A DNA stretch of 64,000 nucleotides from positions 16,045,807-16,109,806 of the forward strand of contig NC_134031.1 of NCBI RefSeq assembly GCF_964204645.1, given 5' to 3'. Position numbers and translations under genes: made by a program. This document shows, one piece after another, positions 46,001 through 61,000 of this stretch (position 1 is its first letter; each line of letters begins with the position of its first letter). This DNA comes from Tubulanus polymorphus. Lineage: Eukaryota; Animalia; Nemertea. Under the pieces are notes generated by a model that saw only the letters and a program-made list of their open reading frames with translations, was not told the origin of the DNA and did no database searches.

Positions 46001-49000
46001 TCTACTGGCCGTTAATCGAGCAATTTCAGACACTGCGCCATTCATAGCGGCCTTATCAATCTCGGATGTAGTAAATTTGAAAACTGACTTTTTATATGAA
46101 GGCATCTGAATACATCGTAGCATTTTTGCAGCAGCAATGGTTAGCGCAGCCATGCAGCGAACCAGCGCCCGCTGGTCGAGGCAGTCAGTCAAGACAACGT
46201 ACACAGGATTCGGGCGCGGGCTGGATACCTTTGCAATGGATACCGTCGTAAGCTAATACGAGACCAGCTGGACATTTACAGTAAAATGAACCGATTGTAT
46301 TACAACAGTTCACTTCACAGCCGCCGTTGTTTTCAGCGCATTCATTTTTATCTAAAAACAACCAAACGGGAAAAACAACAAAAAGACACGACAACATCTT
46401 TTAAACAGAAAATGTTTTCTTTTTTCATACAGGATTTTCGTTGCTTCACAAATATTTTGGACACTTACCTTATGATATTCGGGGTTTGGGTGCGTATTTT
46501 TATTATCAATGGGGAATGATTTGGAAATTTATCCTAAATTGTGCACATCAAGCATAGTCATCTTTTATCTATATAATTTATGACATAACAAACTCTGGTT
46601 GATATAAAATCTTCAGAATCTTCGGAAAAAAATACCGCTGATTGTTTACTGATAGCCAAAGCACACGCTTTCATTTGGAACATTTTCAAGTATTTCGCGA
46701 AGAAAAAGTGGACGTTCTAAATTTAGCGAATGAATGTTACTGTTTACAAGTTTATGAAATAGATTCATTCTACCTGAAGTTGACTAACGCCTAGTATATG
46801 TAAAAACGAAAGTTCTTAAAAAGTTTCTTTAACTGTATATAAAAGTTCAATCGAAAAGTCTGCTAGATAGAACGTTCACTCATGCGTAATCTGGGTGTTT
46901 TAGTGGAGCATCCAATTCTGAATAAAATAAATGCGAACCTTAATATGTTAATAATGGGACTCGCTCTCTCTGAAGTGGATATGTATTTTCTAGGTATTTT
47001 AATGATTTTTCCTCCATACTGCGGCTAATTAGCATCGTTTAGCATAGAAATATTTCACCTGACCAGCACAAAAGCTTTGCCGCAGCATTCAGGAGAAAAT
47101 AAGTCGCCTAATGATAACGTGTAGAGTAAACCTAGTTGAGAAGTCCATAATTCAGTCCCGGAATCCAGCGTACATTACAGTTTTATTCTGGCGTTGAATG
47201 ATGCAACGAACTATGTTGATGTTAGCTTCGTCTGTACGGCTCTAATATAGAATCACTGACAAATATCATGATGTCAGTTTTGGTCTCGTTATGAGAATTG
47301 CAAGCAGGAATACACTCTCGTGAACCCGCATGGACACTCCTTATTAAGTGTAAAAGTGATATAAAGAAGCCGTATAATCCAGAGTGGTCTCATACAGATG
47401 AACGATCGTCTTAACAGTCCACTTCAACGCGATTGTTGGTCGATGTATATATACCCTGAGTAATGTCACCGTTTCTGTCGGCGTTGACTGTTAAAAGTAT
47501 ATCGACAAAAAATATCGATTTATGCACGAGCGTCTACTTTTCGAAAAAGATACGATTTATCAACTAAAAGCTTTTTCAAGTTGACACAAGTATGATGATT
47601 CATAAAACGAATCGGCAGAAAGGCCAATGAGGTCAAAGCTTCGATTGGGTAATTGCGCAATGTCGCGCTATTTCTGTTGATATTTCCCGAACGGAAATCC
47701 ATCAACATTCTGTGATCAATTCATTGATGCACTTTAAATTCCTAATAGACATCTCGTGAACTGCGTTTTCCTGTCGGTGTTGCGGCAACAGGCGCCGTCG
47801 GTATCGTGTCAGTCAGATTATATAGTTCAGATTTTACGGAGGGTAGGAAATTATTGGTATCACAAACAATAAGCATAAGGAAGCAAACTGGTCTACAACT
47901 CATTTGAAGAAGAAACCACACAGAAAACTTCAAAAGTTTCGAAAATGGCTCTTGGCATTATAGGTCGAAACGTCAATACGTCAACCCTCTATTAGTTTAT
48001 CTTCATAATTATGGGTTTTTCCAAGGGTCGAAAAGGAGTGCAAGGAACGTTTTCAATTTACAATTTGTGTCGATGTTGATTCACAGTTTTCACGGAAAAT
48101 GGGAAAGTCCGTAAATATTTACTGGCTCAAATCTTATAACGGCTCGGCTAAGTGTTGTGTTGATATTTACTGATTAATACAACATTGTATATCACACAAT
48201 AACACATACACAATCAAATTCAAAACCACGATAATTTCAGTAACTAAACATTTTGATATATAAGACCAGTCTGAGCCCGATCGGGTTCGACGAGAGCGTA
48301 TAGAAAAGGCTACGGGAAGTTCAAGGCACTTGACTCGGCTGGACCATAACTTCCTCCGAGTTCAATCAGCGCTGATATGCGGCAAATGTTAAATCCCCAT
48401 AACCTGATTAACTGTATATGTTAGAAATTCGATCAGTCATAACACTATATGATATCCAAAATCAGGGCCGCGGAGAAACTCTAGAATTCTGGTGGCTGTA
48501 TTTAGAATGTAGAGGACCTCCAAAAGTATATCCGTAGGAACATCACTTTACAAACTATTTACCGGTGCATCAGATGTTTATACGATGGAGACAGTTATAT
48601 TTTATATGATGCATTAAGAAAGCACGAAGAATGTACAACTTCAGGTTTCAAAACCAATGTTACTTTCATCGTGTAAACATTTTGCGGAACAAAAGTGATC
48701 CTCAAGGGCGATCAATCAGTCAGTAAAAAGTCTAGGTTTTGCCAGGTTTATCACATCAAATCCTTTTTAGCGAGCGGCTTACCGACGCGTTTACAAGTAA
48801 ACATTTACACAATGCTCGGTAATCTTTCTACAATCAATCAAAAATACATCAGAATTAACATTTTATTGTGACAACAACGCTAGGAATACGTTTTTAACAC
48901 CGGTAGAAATACAATTCAGTCTCTCAGGAAGGTTCTTTATTGGTTTGTGTTAATCTGTGACCGGCAATTTTGTTCCTATTCACAAAATCGTCGTTTTTGT

Positions 49001-52000
49001 TAGTCTTCTTTCCGCATAGACGTAAACACAAGTTTAAAAACACACGCAAGAAACAAACGAAGTCATAAATATGAAATCTACGCGTCTTGATGATGACGGA
49101 GGAACTATTTACGCAGGGTTTTAGTGGCGTGAAGTAGCGAGAAGTTACAAAAATAGAACATCTTGAACCTGTCCTATTAGTTACGCGTGTTGCGTAAGTG
49201 TCACTTTTACAACTTTTCCGCCGCGAAGAAATAAACCGGGTTTTCTGTAAGTTTGTATACTTTCCAGCGATAACTTCGCAATAACGTTAAGAATATATAA
49301 TATGCGCATTTAATAACCACTTTGAACAAGGAGAAAACGCGAATGAGTTTCTGATCATAGTACGTAGGTTTTTCCTTAAAAAGAAACTGAGCTAGCTGCG
49401 TGCCAACTTTCAATAACATGGGAACCTTTTTCTAAAGAAATCTGGCGACATTATCGGTGATTCATTGCACATTTGTCCGGTTTTGAATGAATAGGAAACA
49501 CCGCGTACGCTATTGTGACACTAGTCTGGTCAGCTCAGCAAGTTATTCATGTCACATGACGTACACACGCAACCGGTTTAGAAGTGGCCATTATCAAACC
49601 TGCGATATATATCCACTGCAGGTTGCTGTACCGCGCTACGCACGAACAGACTGACCGGACACCACCGTCAAATGACCAACCATACTTCGAATATTGATAC
49701 AAACTCTACTTCAAACGATGAAAAGGGATAGGGCTTGAATAGTACGAATTATGCTAAGATATGTTTCCAATATTCTCTCCTGTTTCCAGACCTCATCCAA
49801 GGCCTCTCGTGTGTGATTTTTTCCCACCTGACGATGGTGTTCAGGAAGCGTTTGTAGTATCAGTCAACTTTTATGTAAAGATTACTGTCATTTCATGTTC
49901 AGATTTTATCTCGAATTTGTATCGTCTAATTTGATAGATCTACTTAATCACGTAACAACAACTTGAAGGAGGTGAGATATATTACTGAAGGTAATGGACC
50001 GAAAAGCATCCTGTCGACGATTGTTAGTAAACAACGATAAATTTGTAATATTTCATGGAAATGTATTTTACAATGAGTGACTTCTGTATAGACAGAAGAA
50101 TATACAGAAATGGATAAAAAGGCTTTCAGCGCCAGTCGCAGTGGAAATAGGGAAAACAGAAAAAACTAAATCAACATGTACAAAGAAGCAATGAAAGAAA
50201 GTGATGGTGGCTGATTCGTATAGCAGGGATTTCTGGGACCTTTGTCATAAAAAAAAGGAAAATTGAAAACAACGGAATTACGATTCACAATAGTAAATGT
50301 TGAAATGAAAAGAAATTCATATCGCTTACCATATTGACACCTGGGTCCTTTGAATCCGGGGGCACATTGACACGGGTTATTCTGGTCGGCTGTACAGGTA
50401 CCGCCATTAAAACATCGACTACTATCACAAATTTCTGCAAACAAGAAACCAACAAAATTCGTGATTAATGTTGATGCGAGCTCATTTACAATGTTAATGG
50501 TCTTGAACTTGAAAATCCGAGTGCGAACGGATTTTTGCTTTCAGACGAGGTAGATAAGGTATCGCTTAAAAAAATATAATTGCTTTGCTCTTCATAATTT
50601 CATTAATACAGCTTCATAAAAAGTTGGCCGTGCGAAACACGAGGATGATGAATGGGGTAAGCTTTAAGGTAATGTATAAAGGATGAAAAAAGACAATGGC
50701 AACGTTACATAAAACCATACACAAAAGCAACTCATGTACACAAGGTATACGGAATACAATCATAAAGTCATAACATATAACAGGTTATTACGTAAACCTT
50801 TTGTGTGAATTGCGCTAAAAATATGATACATGCCACATTAAAAACTACCATTCGTGCTGACAAATATCTCAAAGGTTTTTCCCGTAGACTTTTCCTAGTA
50901 ATACGCACAGAAATATGTTTTGTCTGTCGGTCTTTTTTTCTACAAGAAATGTAGGGAAATTCTACCCGAAGTCTTCATAAAAACATTGATAGACTTCGTA
51001 CTCATTTCTTCGATGTAAGTCTTCATTATCTTAGACAAAAACAGATGGCCCATTATCTATTTTCATAGAGTCTTTTGTAAAGCAAAAGATCCTGTTTTTG
51101 ATAAGTTCATTTTAATTTCCCCCGCAACGCAGAAATTTGAAATTTAAAATCCAAACAGGTGAAGATGTTCCATCAAATGAAAGCCAGTACAAACTGTATC
51201 AGCGTATACAGAAACTCGGGAATACCGCATGACCTTGAGATACAAAATCGGTCAGATATACACCTTAAATCGATTCAGATCTCCTCACATCTTCTTACGC
51301 ATCATTGATGTAAAAAAAACTCTCCGAGTTCAGGTATAAAAGATCCCGCGTTTCACACACTTGTTTTACAAGTTAACACCAAGTACTTTCCCCCTTTAAA
51401 CATATACAACATCCAACAAGTAGCTCTCATAGTTCGCCGCACTGAAGGTGATGAAGTTTTTATCTCGGATCAAAGTGAAACTATTAAGTCATCGGAAGGA
51501 CGAGTGTTTACATAAACTGTAGAAAACTGGTTTTCAGTTTTGAGTCGGTGGCGAATCGTGAGTTAGGTGTAAAAGTCTCAGTTAACTTTACACTAAATAA
51601 CTCACCGACCATCGACCTACGAATCTATGTACCGGTAAATCGAAACGGATTCATTCAATGGAAAAGGAAATCGTTGAAAAATAGTTATCATATACACGGA
51701 AACGAAAAGGATCAGAAATCGGTGCAGAGCGTTGCACTGGCCCATATATACATAATACGATGGCAAATGAACCTCGATCTGTTGAATCGCGATTTATTTT
51801 AAGAACGGAATTTTCAAAAATAAAACACGTGATAACTCAAGACGCTATATCAAAAATAAAACATGTGTTGTTATACTGTGAACGTAAGGGAAGGTAAAAC
51901 TATATAATGTCTGATCAAACATTACCCGCTATTTCTACTATCTAAGTCTGGATGTGAAAGAAACCGAAAAAACTTTACTACTTGCTTTTTAGATGATATT

Positions 52001-55000
52001 TCATACTTCAATCAGCGTTTTATACGAAAATGATACCAACATTATATAGTAACGTAGCTTGAGAAATTTTGAAAATTGTAGGAGTTGTTTAGGGGAGGGC
52101 ATTTTTAATTCTGCGAGCACGTGTTTGCAATCGCGCGTATTTTTTCGACAGCTAATTGGCTTGTGGTGGAATCTTTACCTTCGACACACCTCGTTTGCCT
52201 GAAAAATTTGCCTAATTATGAGTAAATCTATTAGTATCATCGAAAATAAACTCATGGTTACCCGCATATAGACAGATAGGGCAGACACGTGCGGTAAGAA
52301 ATAGTTGCTAACTACGAGGAAATAGAAAAATAATTCGCCTGCTAAATTGCTATGTAATCCCGCAGATTTCGGAGTTGTAAATGTTGCGCGAGACCCCCGT
52401 AGCGTAGGCGAATTTTTGAAATTATCGGTATGAACGTTGTGTCTGCCAATGGATAACAATATTGTTTTCATGGTTTAGAAAATGAAGCATATTGGAAAAT
52501 TCTCGTGAATGAATTTAATTTGATAAATGTTGGTGTAAATGATATAAATAGAATTTTTAATGATATAGGTTGTCAATCGGAATTGGTAAATTTGGGGAAG
52601 TATATCCAATCGGGATTTGGATATTATATTTAATTTGATGCCTGTAGTTACAGTTTGTGCAGTACGGTGCTTGTCTCGTGCACTTTTTCTTTTAAATACT
52701 TTTGTAACTCTGGTATTGTATATATGTATATATTGTTTTCTTTTTCTACTGTTTCGGTGTTCATTGGCGATCATGTCATTTGATTATGTTGAAAAAACTA
52801 ACTTGTAACTTGTAACTTGTGATAAAATGGAAATAGTCACGACAGTGTTTAAGGACATCTCCGTAAAAGTTATTTACTGCAGAATAACGCCTTCACTTTT
52901 GCTTATTTGGACCCATCCCGTCGAATCTCATGTCGCGCGTGAACAAGTTGACAAATTTACTTCAATATCGGCCACTTCAGAATCACATATAAATATATCG
53001 CTATGGCAACGGCATTGATTCGGCAGGCAATTCGGACTCATCTCTCATCGACAACTCATCTCGGGAATGAGAAAGTTTCGTGGGACATCTAGAATATCGA
53101 GTCAATAAAACTGTCGAGCGATATTCATATATTGGTTTATCACGCTCGATGCGCGGGATCAAGAAGAAAAGTTGCGCGGTTGATTTTGAAATGGCTGCCG
53201 TGCTGTCTGATCGATATATTGCCACTGGAGTCATTCAGTGATGGATGGGGATTGAAGTTAGATTCCAATAACTTTGTTCTAGTGGTTGCAACGAGCTCGT
53301 TTCGCATAAAATTCAGTATCTACGATATGTTTTATGTTTCACAAGATAAGAATTGCCACCACGTAAGATCATTTTTTAAATATATATTTTCAATTTCGGT
53401 TTCATAAAGAAGTTTGCTTGAAAGATATTCGCTCTAATTACTCGCGATTTCGCTGTGAGTTTCAAAAATGCTAGAAAACTTAGTTAGATAAACTGATTGA
53501 ATTGTCTACTACTTAGTTTAAAAAAGAATCAACAGCGATAAGAATCTAGATGAATCTTATACCAGGAAACATTTGACGACATTGGCAAATCTAATGTGCG
53601 AAGAAACGGCCCTGCCTCCGTATTCACATCCAGATATCCCACGGCCTCTGAGTGAGAAGTGAACTGCAATTTTGACCAGAGAAAAATCTACAGTAACAAC
53701 CTCCCGCGGGTCAAATATCAAGCCGTTTTGGATGGTTTTTTGTGTAATGTATATGACAGTTGTCTCGTACGACAAGCAACAACCACGCAGAGCACACGCA
53801 GTACGAAGTCAATCAAATTAAGTCTCAGAGTGCCCAATCAGACAAACCCATCAGACACTTTGTCTACCAATAACACCAAGACATAAAGTCACTCGATATC
53901 GAATCATTTTGAGAAATTGCTACATCAGAGGGACCCATTGTATCGACATGTAACGAACTAATGGCGCGCGGTATATACGATCATTCAGAGTTTATGCATC
54001 GATTCCTAATAACATCAGAAAATGATTTGTCTCTCTTGCAGCGAAGAAAGAAATTAACTTCTTACGACAAATTCGGCTTAGATCGTTCTCGAGTAGTGTT
54101 TCATACAGATACATAAACATACATATACGTATAAATTCATGATTAGTCGGTATTCAACTATATCAGTAATCTGAATCACGGACGAACGAGCGTATATCTG
54201 CTAAAGGGACATTTCTATCTCACAACGATCCATTTGCGAATGAGCCTTTCAAGTGAAACTGCCAGTAACCAGCCGAAGAAGTTAAGATACGTTCCGGGCT
54301 CGGGGTTTAACTGTTACTTACATATGGTTGATAAACTGAAATTATCTCGAAAGGAAGACCATGCAGGGGCGGATCCAGCTTATCGCTATTACCTCTTGAG
54401 CCGTACTCACGAATGTAGAAGTGCCCTTCTATTTTTCAAGTTCTGGTAGAAGTAATTTAAAATGGCCAATTTGAATACCGGTAATTGAAAATGGGTAAAC
54501 TTCTTACTTTTTATGAATGATTTCTCTTAAATGGGTCAAAATATCATATTTTGTGGATGCAGAGAAGGATTTAATGCCCCAAATCGATTCAGATAGAATC
54601 TCAGAGCTCTGCAAATTCAAAACTTTCTGTGATATAGGTGCCCTTCCATAGAACTGAGCAGTATTTAAAAACCTAAGCTAGATCCACCCGTGCCATTGAT
54701 TCTAAAATGGCGAAATTTAATAAAGTATTGCCGATTAGAAATGACAGTTTCTTCGGGCAAGCTCGCGGATCGACGGGTCAGAAGGTCGGAGTTTGCTGTG
54801 GTGTAGTTAACACCGTTATTAGTAACGGTCTGTTTCGATTTACAGTGTCACAACAGGGTCATTTAAACCGGGTGACTGTCGTGGTATGTTACGTAATTGC
54901 ATGAAACGTTGATCAGTAAAGTTGATGCGTACTTTAGTGGCCAGAAATAAACCCCGGGATTCCCTCACAATGACAAAAACTGAAGAAAAAAAGGACATCA

Positions 55001-58000
55001 CGTTTATTTTCTAAAAAATTTCTATCTAATTTTTAGGCTTAGAAATGATACTTGTCAGATGTATTGTTTGCAATTACAGGAGGGTGGAATTGTCAAGTAA
55101 TTGCGCCCGGAAATAGTTCAATATTGATTGATATAGCGATAATTATGTCACTGATATATCGCCGTCATAATATCTATACACAAATCAAAAATGAGTTCTC
55201 TGTAATGATGAGTAAATACGCATTTTACAGCGAAGATCAAAACGGAAACCGTAATTATGTGGCATATATCACCTTTTTACAACAGAAAACTGTAGATATC
55301 GCATATGATCAAGATAAATCCCAGAATTTAGTGAATTTGGAAAGTTACAAATGGATTCAAGGTTAAACGACTTAATTTTTTGGACAAACGGACATAATTT
55401 TATGAGATATAAATCTCTACCCAGAACAAAGTTCATACCTTTCACCGAGAGACTCTTTGATAAGTTGATTGATAACTTTTTTTATGTACCGTTTTGAATT
55501 ATGATATATTGTGCAGTAGTAATACATATACATATACAAAAAAAGATGGAGGTACGCATGAAGAAACCTAGGGTTTACAAGAGGATAGACTGAGGATCTT
55601 GAGAGTGATAAAAGACTGATAAACTAACGGCTGATATGAAATTGTGTACTGATTGACTGATCGGACTTCGTGTGAATATTTTCATCGCGCAGGATTAAAC
55701 CATTCACATAAAACATTTATCGCTAGCGATCGAAATTCATTACATCTATACATCTATCATAGACACACAATTACGTCCGTCATCATCACAACGACTGAAC
55801 CTTTTTAAATATAACGGCTGTCACTGGGACGAGTTCTAATTGACAGTGTATATGTATACGCAACCAGTCAGTCGTCGGTCTTCAAAACCGATTCACTGAG
55901 CAAACAACCGGCTAATCGAATTAAACGGTAATCCCGACACTGCGTATCGCGGGTTCGGACCGCGGCGGTTCGAGACGCGTTATTATAACGCGATCGGCGA
56001 GGTTGATTGATCGAACCGTCGTGCGATACGATCGAAAATGTCGATCTAATGGGAATAGATCACCGGATAAACTTAGATTACAAAGATGACTTCTCTGAAT
56101 TATATATATATATATACATTGCAGCTGATCGAAGACACAGAAAAGTTTCCCTGCGTACCATTTAGTAAAAAACCAGAGACTTTAGAAAAAGTAGTTTATG
56201 GTAACACTGTATTCGTTTTGGGCTGGTTTTATAGATTGTGCTGACTTACACCCGAGGCGAACTCGATTCATACTCATATTCAGTCAAGTTGATTCTTGTC
56301 TATAAAACTGGCCCAAATTTTAATTTCGTTTCGATTAAAACTAGAATCTTTGATGTCTCCAAAGAAAATTGATACCTTGTTTCTCATTTCTGCTGAGGTT
56401 TAAAAGTTGACCCAGCCGGCCGCCTATCTACCCTGTACATTACTTTTTTTTAAAATCATGATAAGGCTAACATAGTTACAGACTCGGCAGCTATAGAAAT
56501 GAACTGATCACATATTTTATTACAGTTTACTAAAGCGACCCGGCCGGAGAAACAATGTATCATTTATCTAAAGCCTATAAGGTCAATTCCTCGCGGAAAA
56601 ATCCTAGTTATTTTTGTCTCTCACGGACCTGCACTCTTGACAACTCAATTCACATTTTTTCACAATATGACGCATGCATAGAAAAAAATATTTCGGGATA
56701 TCAAAGCGGCAATCAAAAAACTGCGAGTACGATAAAACATGATGAAAAGGTTATATACAGGGCAGCGGTGTACTTCTGATATAAATATTATGACTAGTCA
56801 TCATATAGGCAGATAGATAAATGATATTATTTGGTCCTGCAAACAATGAGTATCTAATTTTGTACCGAACGAACGATAAACAAAAAGATGCCGAACAAAT
56901 GAAATCTTTTTTCACACAGAAAGAAAAACCTTTCCTCCAGTTTTCTGAGGTTCGCATTGTAAAGACTTGTATTACGAATGTGGTTTATATGTTGTAATTG
57001 GGCCATATTGAAAGTAGGGGGTCGAGCATGAATCAAGTCTTTCGCGTAAAGGGATATACGTATCTATCATTATTATTATTTAGTCCGCAGGTGGGAGAAG
57101 GATGAATAAAATAAGCAGAATTCTAGAACTCAGTTCGCGACAAAATTCGGTGACACGTATTACTTCCATGAATGCAAAAACGAAGATCCCTGCGTCGTTT
57201 TGGAGATTTTTTTTCAAAGCAAGGAGTCGACGAAGAACAAATACTGGCTATACTTTTCCCGAACCTCTACGCGAAATTTCCCCCGAAAGCTCGCGCGATA
57301 GAAATATGATAATCATTTCCGAGCGAATTTGTGAAATCAGAAGAGGTTTATTCGCAGCGAGGTCAAATATTTCGATAAGGGGTTGCAGAATTAGCCTACC
57401 GAACGTGACTTTATGGTATTCGTTTAATCGCCGTTTATTTGCACTCGTGTAAACCCGAGAATCTCTCTGCACTGAAAGCCGACATTTCCTGATGACACGT
57501 AACAAATACCTTATTTCATATCTTCATTCGCCCGAGTATAAAATCTTATTGTTCCGAAATTACATTCTTTTAATGAGTATAAAGTACCGCGAAAAGTAAA
57601 GATGACGATAAACATCAAGATGAAAGGTTAATAGTAGCAAACCAGTTTTCGTTTTTTAATGTCAGCTAGATTTAGCCATTTGCCATACTTTTATTTTGTC
57701 ATTAAGTATATCCTGAAACTGATTCAAATTTTTTACAAAATATTGACATAGGTTATGTCGGCATATTTACATAAAGGATTTACTTGACTATTGGTTGGAT
57801 ATTGATTTTCCAAAATTTGGGATCAATGTCTCCAGTTATTGTATCGTGTGAAGGATAAGCCTTTATGATGTAATAGATAATTTATATCGATTCGTATCAA
57901 TCCCGAATAAATATTCTGACTCGATATCGGTGTAAAGGTTAAACATAAATCTGAAAGCTAAATAAGATAGAAAGAGATGGCAGTTTAAACCTGGGCTTTC

Positions 58001-61000
58001 TCTATTCGACATGATATAGCTATTGGGGAATTTTAATGGGCATAAGCTATTGTATCTTAATGATTAAGATCTTTGAAAACTAATACAAAAGAACACTCTC
58101 AGGCAGCTCAGAATGGCTGACGAAAGGGCAGCATTTACTAAAGTGAAAATTGATTCAAATCCAACATTAGACCAATATCGCGTTTGAAGTATTCAATAAA
58201 TCATGATTATGAATAAAAGGTTCAAAAGAGAGGGGTTTGAGTTTGTTTACAAGTTCGAGGGTATAGTTTGCTTTCATTTTGAGAAGGCCCGCGCGTACTT
58301 AATACTGCATTCTGCTTATAGAGAAAATAGAGCATATGACCAGAGAAAATGAATCGCGATTGCATATTCAATGTTTCTTTATTCGAAACGTAACAGTCGC
58401 TCACACTGGGAACCTGAAATCCTGAAGCTGTTTGTCACAAATAGCACGACATTCATCAGCGATCCAAGCCTCAATTATAAGGACACCACGCTACCGGTGC
58501 TTTGTGACAATAAAAAAAAAAACTGTTTTTCTATAATCGGTGAAAGGACGGTGCACAGTTGATTAGGCACTGTATACATAGGCAAGAATACAACCAGTCT
58601 TCCTACTATCATTTCACAAACACGTTTAACGCAGTAATTTCTCTTCAAAGGAATTTTTAGATTACGGTGTCTCTAATGCCTTGTTTACTTGTTTTCGTAT
58701 GAACATTTCGTGCTTGAGCATAGTAAAAAGAAAAATAAGCAATAGTAAAAGAAAAATCTTATTAAGGCCGTGGAGATTTAGTTGGTGGAGAAATGAATGT
58801 CTAATCGCTAAGTCAATCTTCAGGTCATTTATACGAAATACATTTACATATACCGATTGCAGCTTAATTAGCACCTGAATTAGCGCTGGTGCGGGCATTA
58901 TTCGAATTCATCAATATTTCATTTCAAGAGATGTGACACTAGAAGTAATTTTGACTTGGATTCTCACCGCAGATATATATGTCAATAGGTGATACATAAG
59001 AGCAGTACTTAAAATACTTCCTTCGGTGTCATATTTTAAGTGCACTAAAGAAATAGAACATATTATTTATTGTTCAATTTTATATAGACGATATCGAAGT
59101 ATAAATAGCCGTGTTAACTGTACCGTGGCAGAACGTGAGTTTTCTGTAACGAAAAATTACGACGCCAATATCATTAACTTCAAAGACCTTAGGTCTTTCT
59201 GGGAAAGTCAGAAATATTTCTTGCCTTATTCGATTGTTTTAAATATTGTCTTATTGTTCTGATTAAAACCCCCAAGAGGCAAATTCCGTCTGCAAGAACA
59301 AGGGAAGTAGTATTATTATGTATATGTGATTCCTAAGAAGGTATAAAAAGGGGTGCGATTCCTGTGGGGAAGGTATCTCTGCGTAAAGATCTTTTTTCGC
59401 ACGCTTTTTCGCACCCTTTTTCGCGTAAACCCCTTCTTATGAATCGTACATATCACGGACACTACTTTCAGGCGCAGATTTTTGGAATACCTTCTCAGGA
59501 AACGCGTATATGATACTACTAAGAGATGATAGAAGATTGGAAATTTTGTCAAACTGATTCCAACCATGGACTCTAAAACGAAGGCTTGTCGAATGACTGC
59601 GCACACAGATACTTTATCTACAGCTGATGCTTACGTCATTAATTCATTGGCGAAATTTGATTAATTAAGATTGGATCGATTGATTAATTGTTCGCCGTAA
59701 ACGCGGATGAATTAAAAGTTTATCTCACGTGTAGTACCCTTGATACACCCCTTGATACACAGCGCATCATCAATGAATAATGACGTAACACTTCACGAAC
59801 GTGCGAAGCTTCTAGTAAAGCATAGTACCAGATATAGCAGAAATTGTCATCTACAATTACAGATATTGTAACAAAAACTGACGGAAAAAAGCTAAAACTA
59901 TAAGGAGTGATATGATGCGAAAAAAATAAGTCAAAATTTTGAATAATTCATTGCTTAAATGGAACGCGAGTAACTAATAAGTGTGTTTCGAAAAATGGGG
60001 TATAACGTAATGGATCCCACGGTCGAGTAGCAGATGAGACAATGATGAATATCTAATTTCTGAACAGGCTACAACATTTAAACATCGGTGACAACATCCT
60101 CTTACCCTTATTCTTCGGAGGGTTTTTCGGCGAGGTTTCCGTCGTTCCTGTTTTTTTTTTATGTGGTAGCGATTAAAAAGTTGAAACAAATGGTGTTGTT
60201 GACTTCGATTCGAAATATGTCGAGATCAGATCTCACGAGTTAGTTGGGGGTAACCGACGGTTTTATTCATTTTTTATTTCTTACTTACGTTGAAAACAGC
60301 CGCTATCGCCGTCTCTTTGTTTCCATGTCTCGCAGCATTTATACTTAGTAACGTACGTCCTGTGGAAGGTTTGTCGGTACGTCGTGTAGTATCGTGTCCT
60401 GAAAATAGCAGTCGAATAAAACATACCGATACTCGAATCCGCGTGAAAATGTAGATCAAATGATGTCCCGCTATTCGAATTTTATACGATGGAATTTATC
60501 AAAATGAAACCACAACGATTTGGTTGTATTTTGTATCGTGATTTTCGATAAGTTGGTGAACTTTGTCGAGAAAATTGTTGTCCAGATTTCTGGTTACATT
60601 ATCTCGGTAGCTTACCGTGATTCCACCTGATGACGGCCGTTAGTCAACAACCGAAACGTTGTGGTTTCAATTTGATAAATTCTATCGTATGAAATTCGAA
60701 ATGTAACAATTTGAAAATTTGACGACAGGACGTATATATTTCGACTGAGCTCTTTGCATTTTTGGGTTTTAGTAATTGGATTGGGAGACCGGAGAAGTAT
60801 TTGGCGTGTGCGACCTTGCCATTTGCGCGAGCGATTCATACATCAAAGAAAAAAGGTTTCGATATCAACATCATCCGGTACAGATACGAGGGAACGGATA
60901 ATATTAAAAAAATACTAGTCCGAACGCACATTAACGAGCTATATCCTGTACAGTTAACAGGAAAGAATGTACATCAATTTAATTGAGAGCTACTCGAAAT

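Noticed and set aside
46469-46533. Perfect AAG|GTAAGT donor in an intron
   Set aside because: The implied 65-nt exon has an immediate stop, and there is no pyrimidine tract for a recursive site
47938-47977. Degenerate hammerhead-like strings (...gtcgaaacgtc; also ccacctgacgatgg near 49824)
   Set aside because: Core or stems are broken; at most decayed relics
37700-60200. Dozens of 60-135 aa ORFs in the large MEGF6 introns
   Set aside because: No domain motifs, transposase or RT signatures; consistent with chance. No nested gene could be supported.
60616-60626. 11-nt AG..GTAAG segment with an ACTAAC branch point
   Set aside because: Frameshifting, and it overlaps the hammerhead repeat
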